A DNA stretch of 64,000 bases from NCBI GenBank assembly GCA_963765895.1, contig CAVXZB010000025.1:1-64000 (forward strand). The letters run 5' to 3'. The position numbers were made by a program, and so were the translations under genes. Every line of letters begins with the position of its first letter. Within the stretch, counting starts at the first letter, position 1. The notes below the pieces were generated by a model. It was not told the DNA's origin. It saw nothing but the letters and a program-made list of their open reading frames with translations, and ran no database searches. This DNA is from an uncultured Nitrososphaeraceae archaeon (GTDB taxonomy: Archaea > Thermoproteota > Nitrososphaeria > Nitrososphaerales > Nitrososphaeraceae). Shown piece after piece: positions 49,215-60,199 of this stretch.

Positions 49215-49424
49215 ATGTGCAGGTTACCATTAATCACCATTCCAATGATGAAACCAATGACTGATATAGAAAATGAGAAAATCATACCACCACCATTAAA
49301 GTTAATGACCAAAAGTGAGGTAGTAAATGACTTGCTTAGACTCCTAGATCTAGTCCAGAAACATGCTGATAAAGAAGGGTGTCACCACTGCCTTGACCTA
49401 CTAGAATCTGTTTTTGAGCACTAA
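49215..49424 (+). CDS. Small hypothetical protein with CHHC
   Basis: Short ORF directly upstream of R copy 5. Start uncertain. Confidence 0.4.
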   Translation: MCRLPLITIPMMKPMTDIENEKIIPPPLKLMTKSEVVNDLLRLLDLVQKHADKEGCHHCLDLLESVFEH

Positions 49425-49503
49425 AATAAAATAAGACTTTTGGCCGGTCGGGGGTATGCTAGTTCAATATAAATGCAATATTTAATGTGCTATAAGGTGT
49501 TCA

Positions 49504-49761
49504 AAAATTGATATCTATAGGTAGTAGCAATTAATGAATGTAAACCAATTGTTTAATTCAGTCAATCACTAGTAAGTTTTATCATATCGGATAACATCGG
49601 ATTTTTTAACATATCCGGCCTAACTATCTGGAAATAACGTTATAGTAAGATAGGTGGCATACCAGATTATAAATATTATCAAAAATGCTGCTTCCTAGGT
49701 GTAGACTAAGAACCCAGGATGATGAAAAATTTATGTATGCTGTCTATCTGCAGGCGCGCAC
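49504..49761 (+). repeat. Repeat R, copy 5
   Basis: AAATTGATATCTATAGGTAGTAGCAAT ... CCAGATTATAAATATTATCAAAAATGCTGCTTCCTAGGTGTAGACT ... CAGGCGCGCAC. Confidence 0.9.
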
Positions 49762-49886
49762 GCACCCCAAACGGGTTTAATGTGTCATCGATGATAATAA
49801 TAATAATAATATACAGTTCACTTCGAAGAGGGACACACATGCTTTTCTAATAAATAATACCAGATTTTATTGGAGCATTATGTTTT

Positions 49887-50087
49887 TCATCGAATATGTT
49901 GCTCCTGTTCTTCCCTTATGAATTTAGAGCAATCACATTCTAAACAAAATTCAACTGGAGTGATTTTTCTGGTTTCTATACTTGTAATTGTTGAAGACAA
50001 ATGATAGAGTTTGGGATGTTTGCATTTGCAAATTGCTGCCTCGTTTAATTTGATTTGATTGCCACACCCTCTTGTCAATAGGTCCAA
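49887..50087 (-). CDS. Small Cys/His Zn-binding protein
   Basis: CKCKH...H...CLECDCSKF. Confidence 0.5.
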   Translation of the reverse strand: MDLLTRGCGNQIKLNEAAICKCKHPKLYHLSSTITSIETRKITPVEFCLECDCSKFIREEQEQHIR

Positions 50088-51058
50088 GTACGCTATAGAT
50101 TAGCTGAATGGATAATAATTTTTGCTATGTATTTATCAATACCAAGTATTTGTGCCAGATCATTTAATGATGTACTTTGCAATAGTTTCAATGTAAAGTC
50201 ATGGGCTATCAGTAGTTCCTTCAAGCCCTCTGCTATGTCAAGCTCGATCAAAAATACCTTTATTATTTGTCAGTGATCGTTGCTGCTGCATTGAATTAAG
50301 TAATGAATTAAAAGGCTTTGAGGGCTGAACTATTTCCTTCTCAGTTTTAATCGCGATACTCATATTTGCCTATAGACTTCACATTATTTAACATCATCTT
50401 TAAATAAAGTAACAAAAAAATATGATGTTATGTGATATGATTCGTTAAAAACATTTATTTTGATTTTATGAATCATTTAAAATGTTTGCGTGATTGATAT
50501 AGTTGAAATAGCAACTTCATGCGATAGTGATAGAATTTTGAGTGTGATAACTAGTCGTTCGAGTTTAAAACTGAAAATTGAGTCTTTTAGAAGTTCCATC
50601 TAATTAGCTGCGATTTATAGTCTTTGTTGTCACAATTCCTTCATCAATAAATCTGTTAAGTAAGTTAAAACTTGCACATAATGTCATGTTACGGAATTAA
50701 TTATAAAGTCTTAAACCTGATATTCAATTAGCGCTGGCCAGAGATTTGAACCAACATAGATCATTATGTTTGCTTTTGTAACTTTTCAGATTCAGATACT
50801 TTGGCAATCTATTCATTTATCATCTTTTACTGCTGCAATATCAAGAGCATGAATAATGATTCAGATGAATAGTTTTCTCCTTTGGAGGTAATAGCTCTGC
50901 TATAGTCCTCATTTTGTCCACATTATCATGCGTTTATCAGAAATGTTCAGAGCATTAATATGCATATGATTGCTGATGTAAGAAAGATCTATCTTGTTGT
51001 AAGAGATAATATGAGTGCTCCAGTTATTGCTAATATATTTCTCATTTCTGTCATCCAC

Positions 51059-51157
51059 CTAGTTCAACGTTGCACCAGCATGTGCCGCTTGTGGTATCAG
51101 ACTAACACCAATACCGCCCGCAATGAGTGCTCCAGTTATTGCTAATATTTTTCTCAT
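51059..51157 (-). CDS. 32-aa signal-peptide precursor MRKILAITGALIAGGIGVSLIPQAAHA|GATLN
   Basis: Manual translation. GAGGCG lies 3 nt upstream of the ATG; basic N-region, hydrophobic core, Pro at -6, AHA cleavage motif. Confidence 0.6.
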   Translation of the reverse strand: MRKILAITGALIAGGIGVSLIPQAAHAGATLN

Positions 51158-51352
51158 TTTCGCCTCATGATAGAAATGCATTCCTTTATCGCTCTCTCTT
51201 TCTTTCTGCTACGAAAACTTGACTAACCCAATAAGTGATACATCTATAAGTTAGTAACTAACCATCTCATTGTTGTTAAACAAGCTCTCCTTCTGATGAT
51301 TGTTTCATATATTGGAGTCTTGTGATCTCTGATATGGCAATGAACCGGTACT

Positions 51353-51865
51353 TTGAAGCTGATTGTAGATATGTCTGAACCATCCATAAAGTATACAATA
51401 CGTGAAATAGAAGAAACTGATATTGAAAGTGGTGAATTATTAGAGGTACTAGAGAATTTGGCTCCAGTTGGAGGTCTAACTAAACCAGCCGCGACCGAGA
51501 TATTGAAGGAGATAAATCAAATCCACTTCACAGAATATATGTTGCAGTAGTTAATGAGGGCATAGATAGAAGCATGGTAATAGGAACAACAACGCTACTT
51601 GTCGAACCAAAATTCATCTTCAGTGGAGGACGAGTAGGTCACATCGAAGATGTGGCTGTTAGGACTGGTTATCAGAGGAGAGGCATTGGATTTAAGCTAG
51701 TAAAGTACGCTACCGAACAAGCAGAGCTAATGGGATGCGTAAGAACCGGTACTAGATTGTTCAGATGAGAATATCCCTTTCTATGAAAAAATTGGTTATT
51801 CATATCATAGTAATACTATGAAAATTCAGCATGATAAAGATATGGTACATAAGCGTAACTTATGA
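51353..51865 (+). CDS. GNAT acetyltransferase, glucosamine-6-phosphate N-acetyltransferase-like (frameshifted)
   Basis: TLLVEPKFI..GGRVGHIEDVAV, YQRRGIG, and LDCSDENIPFYEKIG in the last frame. Confidence 0.85.
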
Positions 51866-52161
51866 ATTTCAAATTCCAAATTTCCCATTGTACTTTTCCT
51901 TACCTATAAGAAACGTTTTCTTCTAGTAGGAAATGCAACTAATGGCTTACGAAAAGTTACAAACTGGAACCAAACTGCATATCTCTACTCTTTTATCTGG
52001 GCTCTGACGTCGTAATATATGGAATCCTAAATTATTAATTGGATTATGCCGTTGATGCACATGCATTGAATTCATTATTCTCATCAATAGTGTGAAGTCA
52101 CACGTAATGTTTATAGATATTATGAACGAATGAAATAATTGCATTGGGGGGATAACTATAA

Positions 52162-53049
52162 TTGGGATTATTTAATGACTACACTGACATAGAACATAAG
52201 GTGAAAACAGAACCATGTAAGCATGAGTTATCTCTTAGCGTAGTTATTCCCTTTCACGCTGGAAGTGATATGCTTGCAAAAACTGTCATAAGTCTGACTC
52301 AACAAACTTATCCAAAAGATCGAACTGAGGTCATTATAGCAGTTGATGCCAATTATGACGATGCAAAATTGATCACAAAACAGTACAAAGAGAAATAGAC
52401 ATAAAATTGGTAACACTTTCTAACAATGGCTGGGGGGCCGCAGAGCTCTAGAAATGCTGGGATTTATGTATCTAGGAATGATGTTATTGTCTCTCTTGAC
52501 TGCGGACATGATATGTCCTCCAAATTTCCTAGAGTCGCACATGGTCTGGTTTCATAAATCAACTAAAATTGCAACGATTGGACCTAAGAAATTTGTGGAA
52601 GCTAGCGAAATAGAACCTCGGAGATTGTTCGCAACTTCACATTGATATCGTCACTCCCAGAGATCCATAGTGTTTCAAATAATTTAATAGGTTCTCGTAA
52701 AGACAAGAGAATCCCCGAACTTGAACAACTAAAGATTCACCCTTTCCCAAGCAATTGTTTTCATGGAGGAAATGTAGCATATTGGCGTGAAGACGCTCTC
52801 GATGTTGGACTGTGGGATGAAACTTTCAACGGTAATTATGGTTACGAAGACATTGAATTTGGACAGCGTCTGTTTGAAAAAGGTAGAAAGCTAGTTCTCG
52901 CATGCGATGCGATAACATATCATCAGGAGAGTAATTTTGTTTCACGTAATGAACGACGTAAGGGTTTGTCTATTAATAGAACAAAACTTTATGAATGTTA
53001 TCCTGCACTTGGAAGATTCCGAAGAGATATTCTAGGGTCAACCCAGTGA
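52162..53049 (+). CDS. GT2 glycosyltransferase (frameshifted)
   Basis: SVVIP, QQTYP, ARNAG and LD.D across frames; GLWDETF..YGYEDIEFG. Confidence 0.85.
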
Positions 53050-53475
53050 CTTTATGAATGAATCTTTTCAGTTACTCGAATAACCACTTATTTTTTGAAA
53101 AGTCGAGGCAAGTGTAAATTATTGTTTATTGAAAGGACCACTTATAGAAATGTACAGTTAAGATGGACTGAACTTATTCACAAATACTACTACAAATGAA
53201 AACAGATATCCAATTATCTCTACTATCGTCAAAAATGGATCAAAAGAAAAATCCTTAATGTCCATATTCCACATAGCTTTAATTCAAGTACATTCATGAC
53301 TTTCCTTGGATAATGTATCTGTCTTGCTCCCAATTTTCTCTCTTTTCTCTCGATATGGTGGCAGCTGTAGCAAAAAACAGCAATTATGTATGTAGTAAAT
53401 AGATTTCTGTTATTACACAGCTGTTACAGTCTTGGAGAGGTTCGTAGTAGAATAACTTCTGTTATACTGGTTAAA

Positions 53476-54081
53476 TTATTCTCCTTCTACCGTTGCAATA
53501 GAAGCTTCAATTTCAGGCCAAAGTTGTGCAACCATATCAGGCATATTTGTTTTAATCCAATCAGCCATAGATCTTTCTTCTGATAGGCTTTGTAATAGAA
53601 TATCAATTGCATTAGTTGCATTCATTCTCTCTGCTAAATGCATAAGCATATCATAGAATATAATCTCAGCATTCTCTACTATTGCATCCTCCTTAACTGA
53701 GCTTAGCTCCGACTCTGCATCGGTCATCGTTCTTCCGAATATGTTTGTTAATGATTTGGGAGGAGTAGAAATTGGCAATCGTGCTTTATCCTTTGTAGGT
53801 GCATTTTTTTGACCATTACCAAGATCTAAAATCAATTGCTTTAGTCTATCCTGCTGCCCTTTTGTCTCGTCTAAGTGCACTTGAAGTCGTTGTCTTACAT
53901 TTTCTATCCTGGTCTGTTTAATTCGTGACTGGAGTCTTTGTACTGCAGCATTTTCTATAGCTAAAGCTTCATTTAAGTGTAAAATAAGTTTCTGACTGGG
54001 CGTAAGTCTTTTTCCTTTCCTTTTTGTGAATGTGGGAGCATTACTTTTTTTTCTCGTTTTAGAGGTTCCTTTTTTCGCCAT
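53476..54081 (-). CDS. Ferritin-like DUF892/YciF family protein
   Basis: ALAIENAA, HLDETKGQ, ENAEIIFY and SLSEER. Confidence 0.8.
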   Translation of the reverse strand: MAKKGTSKTRKKSNAPTFTKRKGKRLTPSQKLILHLNEALAIENAAVQRLQSRIKQTRIENVRQRLQVHLDETKGQQDRLKQLILDLGNGQKNAPTKDKARLPISTPPKSLTNIFGRTMTDAESELSSVKEDAIVENAEIIFYDMLMHLAERMNATNAIDILLQSLSEERSMADWIKTNMPDMVAQLWPEIEASIATVEGE

Positions 54082-54450
54082 CTGGCTATTATTGGCCTTG
54101 CCTGCATATATTGATTACATTTAATGGAACACTGCTATTGTTAATAGTTACTTCTGTGTTGTCGCCATGTGAGTAATGCCTTCCACAAGAATTTTTTTCC
54201 CGATAATTTCTATAAGTCTAGGACATTTCTAACAGAAAGTGAACTAAAAGATAGTGATGACCGGACAAAGAAATTGTATTCAGACAATGACTAAATATGG
54301 TTTAGCATTCTGCTAAAATAGAGCAATGTTCAGCACCAGAATCATATTTTCTTGCTCAAGTATTTGGTGCGACTACTTATAGTATCCATGGATCAGAACA
54401 ATAATGACATCGCTAATGATTTCAGATGTAGGAGTTGTAAACTCATTACG

Positions 54451-54508
54451 AATTATTTGGTGCGCACCTCATGATAAACAGCATACATAAATTTTATAAT
54501 CATTCTCT
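54451..54508 (-). repeat. Repeat R terminal part, inverted
   Basis: Reverse complement reads AAAATTTATGTATGCTGTTTATCATGAGGTGCGCACCAAATAATT. Confidence 0.75.
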
Positions 54509-54605
54509 ATGTATACCGAGAGACCAGTTGGAGGAGTATTGAAATCTTCTTTTTTCACTTGATCCTGTAGTATGTCCACAAACAGATATAATACTATTAG
54601 TTCTT

Positions 54606-54962
54606 CTAGCTAATCACTTCTGATGCTGTTTCTAATTTTTGACCCAATAGCATTCCAGTATATGCAAAATTATCATTCATTATTGCATCAGTATATTTTG
54701 GAAAGGCAGAACTATCAATACAAGAACTATGCATTGGAAACACCATCTTAGGAGAGAGAATAATAAGTCTCTTGGTTGTTTGTCTTACTGGTTCTTCGCT
54801 TGCAAATATTCCTGCTCCTCTATAAAGGTTAACCATATGCTTTGAGAGATCGTCAGATGTCACGATGACGTCCCCATCCTTGCACTTTTTATCATCAAAT
54901 TCACATAATTTTACCATGGATATTGAATAATATAATTTGATGATAACTGAACGGTGTGACAC
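54606..54962 (-). CDS. Hypothetical protein
   Basis: 118-aa ORF, probable start at MVKLC. Confidence 0.45.
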   Translation of the reverse strand: MSHRSVIIKLYYSISMVKLCEFDDKKCKDGDVIVTSDDLSKHMVNLYRGAGIFASEEPVRQTTKRLIILSPKMVFPMHSSCIDSSAFPKYTDAIMNDNFAYTGMLLGQKLETASEVIS

Positions 54963-55123
54963 TGTTTCACATTGTGAAATGACAGAATTTTCTTCTGGAC
55001 GTCTTAGTAAGAATGTTCAAAGCTTATCTATCTTAGATATATTAGGTTGGAACGAAGAAAATATGTAGCACTTGTAGTCCTTTACTTTGATTTCATCACC
55101 AAAGTTTTGCACGGTGAAGTGAA

Positions 55124-55260
55124 ATGAAAACCATAATAGCCACAGCAATCAGTCTTGTGCCCTTGCTAGTAGCGCTCTCTGCATTTCAACACACGAGCTT
55201 GAATGTCTTTGCACTATCTGCATATCAATCGGGATTCAATCATGGAGTAACTGATGGACC
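55124..55260 (+). pseudogene. Secreted YxxG[FY]xxG-family protein, truncated
   Basis: Signal peptide followed by AYQSGFNHGVTDG. Confidence 0.55.
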
Positions 55261-55639
55261 TATTGTTGCTGTCAAAATAAGTAATGACATTAGCGAAAAT
55301 GATAATGCCACGATATTCGCGTCCATCTTGATCATCGATTCCAACTATCTGATATCCTATTTTACAATAAAATTATATTTAGCCTTTTTAGAAGAAGATT
55401 CTAACTGTAGATTTCTTATTATTCTCTAACCTTCGGAAGTCTTTAATTATTTTCGCTATTCTTTACCAACATATTTCTATTGATAACGGTATCACATTGT
55501 CCTACATTATCGAATACTGTTTCGCATTATAGGTACACGTCTTGACAACGAAATGGCACTTTGTTTCTAATGAACAGCAATTAGAATCTTTTTCCATATG
55601 GAAGATGCAGTAAATTCAATTACTAGCGTCAACACTATG

Positions 55640-55833
55640 TTAGTAGATGTGATAAACAGATTTGCTTATGTTTCAACGGCAGTTACTAGGGATATGAAAC
55701 CGGTCGCAACGGGCCATTTAGTCAGGACAGGTTTGCGAAGTGTGGCGATGCTTATGAACGCGGCTTTATGGCTGGGTGTCTATCGGTAGTAGGAAATGAT
55801 AAAGAGGTATGTAACTTGGCGGAGGATGCGTGA
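55640..55833 (+). pseudogene. YxxG[FY]xxG-family fragment
   Basis: Alternate frame reads GYETGRNGPFSQDRFAKCGDAYERGFMAGCLSVVGNDKEVCNLAEDA*. Confidence 0.5.
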
Positions 55834-55839
55834 GAGTAA

Positions 55840-56215
55840 ATGAAAGTTTTGTTAAGCGCAGTTGTAATACTAGTGCTAGTGATAGGCGCGCCCTTAGTAT
55901 ATGCAAATCAGGCAGTTGTATAAGCAAGAAGCCGCTATCCCTAGTGACTCTAATGGTGTGCCTTGTACATTCGGTCCGAATCACGATGAATGTAAAGACA
56001 CTGACTTGCAAGGCAGACCGTGTACAGGTATTGTCGGCAGTTCAAATTATAGTGACTGTGTCTATGCCCAAGGATTCAAAACCGGCTATGACGACGCAAT
56101 AAATGGCCGATATGATAAAAATGCATATGATCCTGACACAACTCTGGCCGAAGGATATTTCGCTGGCTGGCATCAAGGCTGCCTAGATTCCGGAAGAAGT
56201 GATTGCAACAAATGA
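55840..56215 (+). CDS. Secreted Cys-rich YxxG[FY]xxG protein (frameshift after the signal peptide)
   Basis: MKVLLSAVVILVLVIGAPLVYA, then YAQGFKTGY and EGYFAGWHQGC. Confidence 0.65.
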
Positions 56216-56547
56216 AAGTTTTGTTAACCGCATTGGCTGTTCTGATACTAATGATAGGCGCGCCCTTACTGTATGCAGAAACAGAGTATCAGGCAGGATT
56301 TAAAGAAGGACAAAGGTTTTCCAATGACAAATTCACTGGTAAAAACTTAGGAAAAGAGTATGATATAATCACCCAACATCCACATCAGTTTTACCTAGGA
56401 TGGCTGGACGGATTCTGTATCCTAAATCCGCACACGGGAAGTGATGCAGATGAATTTACATTCAGTTGCTCTGATTCAAGATTTGGAGCACATATTGGTG
56501 ATCCCCAGGCACGCCATCCCTCGAACTTAGGCACAGAGGTTCGGTAA
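56212..56547 (+). CDS. Secreted YxxG[FY]xxG protein
   Basis: MKVLLTALAVLILMIGAPLLYA|ETEYQAGFKEG; FYLGWLDGFC. Confidence 0.7.
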   Translation: MKVLLTALAVLILMIGAPLLYAETEYQAGFKEGQRFSNDKFTGKNLGKEYDIITQHPHQFYLGWLDGFCILNPHTGSDADEFTFSCSDSRFGAHIGDPQARHPSNLGTEVR

Positions 56548-56552
56548 AGGAA

Positions 56553-56933
56553 ATGAAAAAAGTAATTAGCTTAATGGTGATCGTGGTTCTAATGATAGGC
56601 GCGCCATTAGCATATGCAGAAACGGCCTATCAGTCAGGATTTAAACATGGGGTGGCTGACGCGAATCATAAAGCTCCCGAATGTGCGCCTCATAAATTCC
56701 CATGTTCTCGCCCTACCGATTATATACACCAGCCAGGTAATGGTTTTGACCACCACACAACCGCATTTGTTAACGGCTATATAAAGGGCTGGTGTTTAGC
56801 GCATCATGGCGGTGGAATAGACGGAAATGATGATAATACATACTTTCCTGTTAGTTTCGACTGTGATGATGGTCCAATCTCTGCATACCCTCTACCAATG
56901 GACTGGAATACTAGCCTAAGTTCGGCGAACTAA
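56553..56933 (+). CDS. Secreted YxxG[FY]xxG protein
   Basis: MIGAPLAYA|ETAYQSGFKHG; FVNGYIKGWC. Confidence 0.7.
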   Translation: MKKVISLMVIVVLMIGAPLAYAETAYQSGFKHGVADANHKAPECAPHKFPCSRPTDYIHQPGNGFDHHTTAFVNGYIKGWCLAHHGGGIDGNDDNTYFPVSFDCDDGPISAYPLPMDWNTSLSSAN

Positions 56934-57816
56934 CAGAGATGGCATACTTAGTGTCAGTACCCTCCGGCTCCGGCCAATTATCTATACGCAGTTGATCTAT
57001 TGCTGGACATTTTGAATTAACACCTTTCCGTGGTACTAAACCAGGTGAATCAAGATATGAGCAATGTGGTTTACCGTCTACATATGTCTGTAGTTGGACA
57101 CCACCATTTACATTCGTTCTAGTCATCCTGAGTGTGTGTTGCTCACCTGCCCTCAGAGTAGGAATGGATGAATCACACTTTGCAGGCAATAGTCCACCAT
57201 AGTTTTTCTCAGCTCCTGTTTCAGTTTCGAATCCGTTCTTGTCACCATTTATACCGACGTAGCCCTTATAGCCAGTTGTATCACACCCTCCCTTATGTTC
57301 GGCGCCACCTACCTGTAATGTTGCCGTCTCTTTTGCGACATAATTTTCAGGTATTTTGACTGTAACAGTAAAGTCTACATTGGTTGAACCATTATATACT
57401 CCGTACTGGAGACGTGGAGCATTTTTACTACGACAGCCAAGTCTATTCTGACAGCCACCACATCCAGTATGACATCTAATTTCTTTGAAGCGCTTCCCAT
57501 CATCAATAAAGCCGCCACAACCGCCACCACCTTTGGATTTTTTCTGATTTCCCCCACCACTTGACGTATCCGAACTTGGGTCCGTAGTAGTTGCCGGCTG
57601 CGTATTGTTAGTACCCTTCACTGCTTTGTTTAGCGCATCTAGGGACGATTTCCATGTGTCAAGGACCGGATCAGAAACCTTCTTTACTTGATCGTTCTGT
57701 AATTTGCCCGTTGAGGCTGGTTTAGGAGCCTTGGACTTTGTAACTGGTAGCGGGTTTTTCTTCTGGAAATCAGTAAACCGTGATGTTAATACTGCGGGTT
57801 TAGGCTTGGGGGCCAC
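56911..57816 (-). CDS. Hypothetical Pro/Lys-rich protein with a Cys-rich beta-sandwich C-terminus
   Basis: 301-aa ORF whose N-terminus probably extends upstream via a frameshift; LQTYVDG and QLRIDN. Confidence 0.55.
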   Translation of the reverse strand: MAPKPKPAVLTSRFTDFQKKNPLPVTKSKAPKPASTGKLQNDQVKKVSDPVLDTWKSSLDALNKAVKGTNNTQPATTTDPSSDTSSGGGNQKKSKGGGGCGGFIDDGKRFKEIRCHTGCGGCQNRLGCRSKNAPRLQYGVYNGSTNVDFTVTVKIPENYVAKETATLQVGGAEHKGGCDTTGYKGYVGINGDKNGFETETGAEKNYGGLLPAKCDSSIPTLRAGEQHTLRMTRTNVNGGVQLQTYVDGKPHCSYLDSPGLVPRKGVNSKCPAIDQLRIDNWPEPEGTDTKYAISVSSPNLG

Positions 57817-58431
57817 AACTGGTTTTGGTTTTGGCTTCGCCCACTGTCGCCGTTACCGCCATGTTGCTTACAGCATGTAGCATAAGTCGCTGGGGAGTTT
57901 TTAATGGAGTGCATCAGCAGCACAGGTCATAACGGCACAAGCTCGCGCTGTCCTTAGGCTAACGATGTGATATACTCCTGTCCTAAAACGAACGTGCCAG
58001 TACTTGTCATAGGCTAAGAATCAGCTGAAATAGGAACAGTGATTAGTCAATCTCATACAGAGAATATAATTAAGGTTCCAAAAGAATTTGTTGAATTACT
58101 AATGATAGTATCACATCGTGGGACATTGTTCAACTATGTTTCATAGTACAGGTGCAATTGTTGATCTAAATCCTAAATGAATCAGATTTTGTTACTGTTC
58201 AATATAGATTAGAATCTTCTTCTATAAGGAATAGCACAATGTTCAATAATATCGTCAACTACAATTGTGACAGTTGAGCAATGTCAGATCAACTATCGTA
58301 ATGACACCAGCCATGATGACAATAGTGTTAAATTCTGTGATTGTAGAGTTAAGAAATGCTGGATATAAGGCCGTAACGGGTTTCGTGGAGGAACCAAAGA
58401 AGGGTTTACCACCAAGGGCTGAAAGTAAATA

Positions 58432-59106
58432 ATGAATAAATTTATTATTTTATTTTTGATTGTTGGCTTGGCAGCTTCTATGGTTTCGGCCAGTGGTTTT
58501 ACTGTGAGTCTGGTCGAGGCTAAGGATTCAGATAGTGGCGGCGGAGGCAGAGATAGTGGCGGCGGAGGCAGAGGATAGTGGCGGCGGAGGCAGAGATAGT
58601 GTCGCGGCGGAGGCAGAGATAGTGGCGGCGGAGGCAGAGATAGTGGCGGCGGAGGGAGTGATTCGGGGTCAGACTCCGGCTCAGGTTCAGGTTCTGATAA
58701 TAGTAACAGTGATAATTCTAATAGTGATACTGGAAGCGATAATAACAACGACGTAAATACACAAGACCAACCAGATCAACAACCACAGACGCCAGAAGAT
58801 ACAAATCAAAATCCAGATACATCATCATCATCATCAATAACACCGACAGAACCAAAGCAAATCTTCCCAAATGTAATGGTTCGTTTCAAGACTTGTGCAA
58901 CTAAGAATGGTGATGTCTGCAAGGCTGGTTCGACAGATGATAAATGTGAATGTTCTGACAGTATGAGCGACTGTCCTAAGAGTCCAGCCCTAGAGAAAAC
59001 AGCAGTAAAAGGAGAACCAGATAAGAATTGTTTATTCCATCCAGAGTTAAGTAAATGTAAGTCAGATAATGGTAAATGTCCTAAGGGCTTTTTCCAGAAT
59101 GGATAA
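58432..59106 (+). CDS. Secreted low-complexity protein with a Cys-rich C-terminus (frameshifted)
   Basis: MNKFIILFLIVGLAASMVSA..VEA, then Gly/Ser/Asp repeats and CLFHP..KC..GKCPKGF. Confidence 0.65.
58531..58654 (+). repeat. 21-bp tandem repeat GATAGTGGCGGCGGAGGCAGA, about 6 units
   Basis: Directly visible; encodes DSGGGGR. Confidence 0.9.
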
Positions 59107-59145
59107 CTTTCCAGAGCCGATATAAATATTATATATATAAATATT

Positions 59146-59475
59146 ATGTGGATTATTCATAACAAGATATTATTCTATTTGACACTAGATGATCCTTTAC
59201 GTATAAAAAATATTCTAAGTAACAAAACAACAACATCATCATCAAAACATTATCGTGAATCTGCATTAATGACGGCAGTCCACATTTTGATTTGTCTGAC
59301 TAAAGGTAAAAGTCGTGAAGAGATCGCTAGAGATTTTGATGATAATTTGGAATTGGTACGTGTTTGGATAGATTATATGATTGCAATAAATTGGGTGTAT
59401 AAGAACGCAGTCGACGGCACTTGGGTGGCTTCAGATAATGGAAAAATGTGGATAGAAAAATATTATACTATGTGA
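59146..59475 (+). CDS. Putative winged-helix protein
   Basis: GKSREEIARDF..LVRVWIDYM...WV...WVASDNG. Confidence 0.55.
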   Translation: MWIIHNKILFYLTLDDPLRIKNILSNKTTTSSSKHYRESALMTAVHILICLTKGKSREEIARDFDDNLELVRVWIDYMIAINWVYKNAVDGTWVASDNGKMWIEKYYTM

Positions 59476-60007
59476 AACCACTTGCTGCTTGAGTGGTGAA
59501 TATAGTAGTGTATTCAAGTATATTCAATCACGTCAGCCTTATCGATTGTTTTATATGTCATTATAAACCATTTTTTTAACGCCTAATATAAAATGGAGGT
59601 AAATTTGTAATTAACTATGATCTTAAAATCAATAGATACGCATAATCGCTCATTATCACAGCCATTATTCATATTATGTACTAAATGCTACTGGTGTGCA
59701 ACGTTACTTTGATAAGACAAGGATACCAATTGACAATATCTGCCCATGTTGCAAGACTGATAATATTGAATTAACAAGCCTTCCAATTATGTTAAATGAT
59801 TCAATTACTATTGATTATAATGAATGTGTAGAGTAGAATTAGAATTCAATTCAACATCCGTATAGACTGACGGGCCTATGTACATAGACATCCAGTAGAG
59901 AAGATTGTATGAGATGTCAATCATAGGAGCCGCGCCTCTGCATAATTATCGATAGTGGTTTAGATGTGTAATTGTCAAATTTCCGTAGAATTAAACAGAG
60001 GTTATCA

Positions 60008-60120
60008 ACACCCGGGATACCCGGGTTATTTCCAACCCTAGAGAAGAATTTGGATGTGTATATAAAATGTATGATAAGGAAATATTGTAACAGAATTCAA
60101 AACTATCCCGGGTAGCCTGT
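60008..60120 (+). repeat. CCCGGG inverted-repeat element, copy a
   Basis: ACACCCGGGATACCCGGG ... CCCGGGTAGCCTGT. The interior is homologous to the copies at 62792 and 63141. Confidence 0.8.
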
Positions 60121-60199
60121 CGTTTTGTTCTAATTCTGGGTGATTAGTCGTAATGGTAGTCCAGATATTATCAACTTTAAATCTAAAGCGTATATCGTG

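Noticed and set aside
51010-51160. Two ~37-bp direct repeats as a mini-CRISPR
   Set aside because: Only two units about 112 bp apart and no cas genes. Explained by duplicated signal-peptide coding sequence on the - strand.
58531-58654. 21-bp repeat as a CRISPR array
   Set aside because: Contiguous units without spacers; encodes a DSGGGGR linker.
4985-58748. Antisense or overlapping ORFs such as 4985..5485, 13368..13748, 37972..38307, 39294..39575, 47793..48059 and 58293..58748
   Set aside because: They are shadows of well-supported genes on the opposite strand.
59860-59955. Additional R fragment (TATAGACTGACG..CCGCGCCTC..TTATCGATAGT)
   Set aside because: Only short scattered matches; left unlisted pending an alignment.
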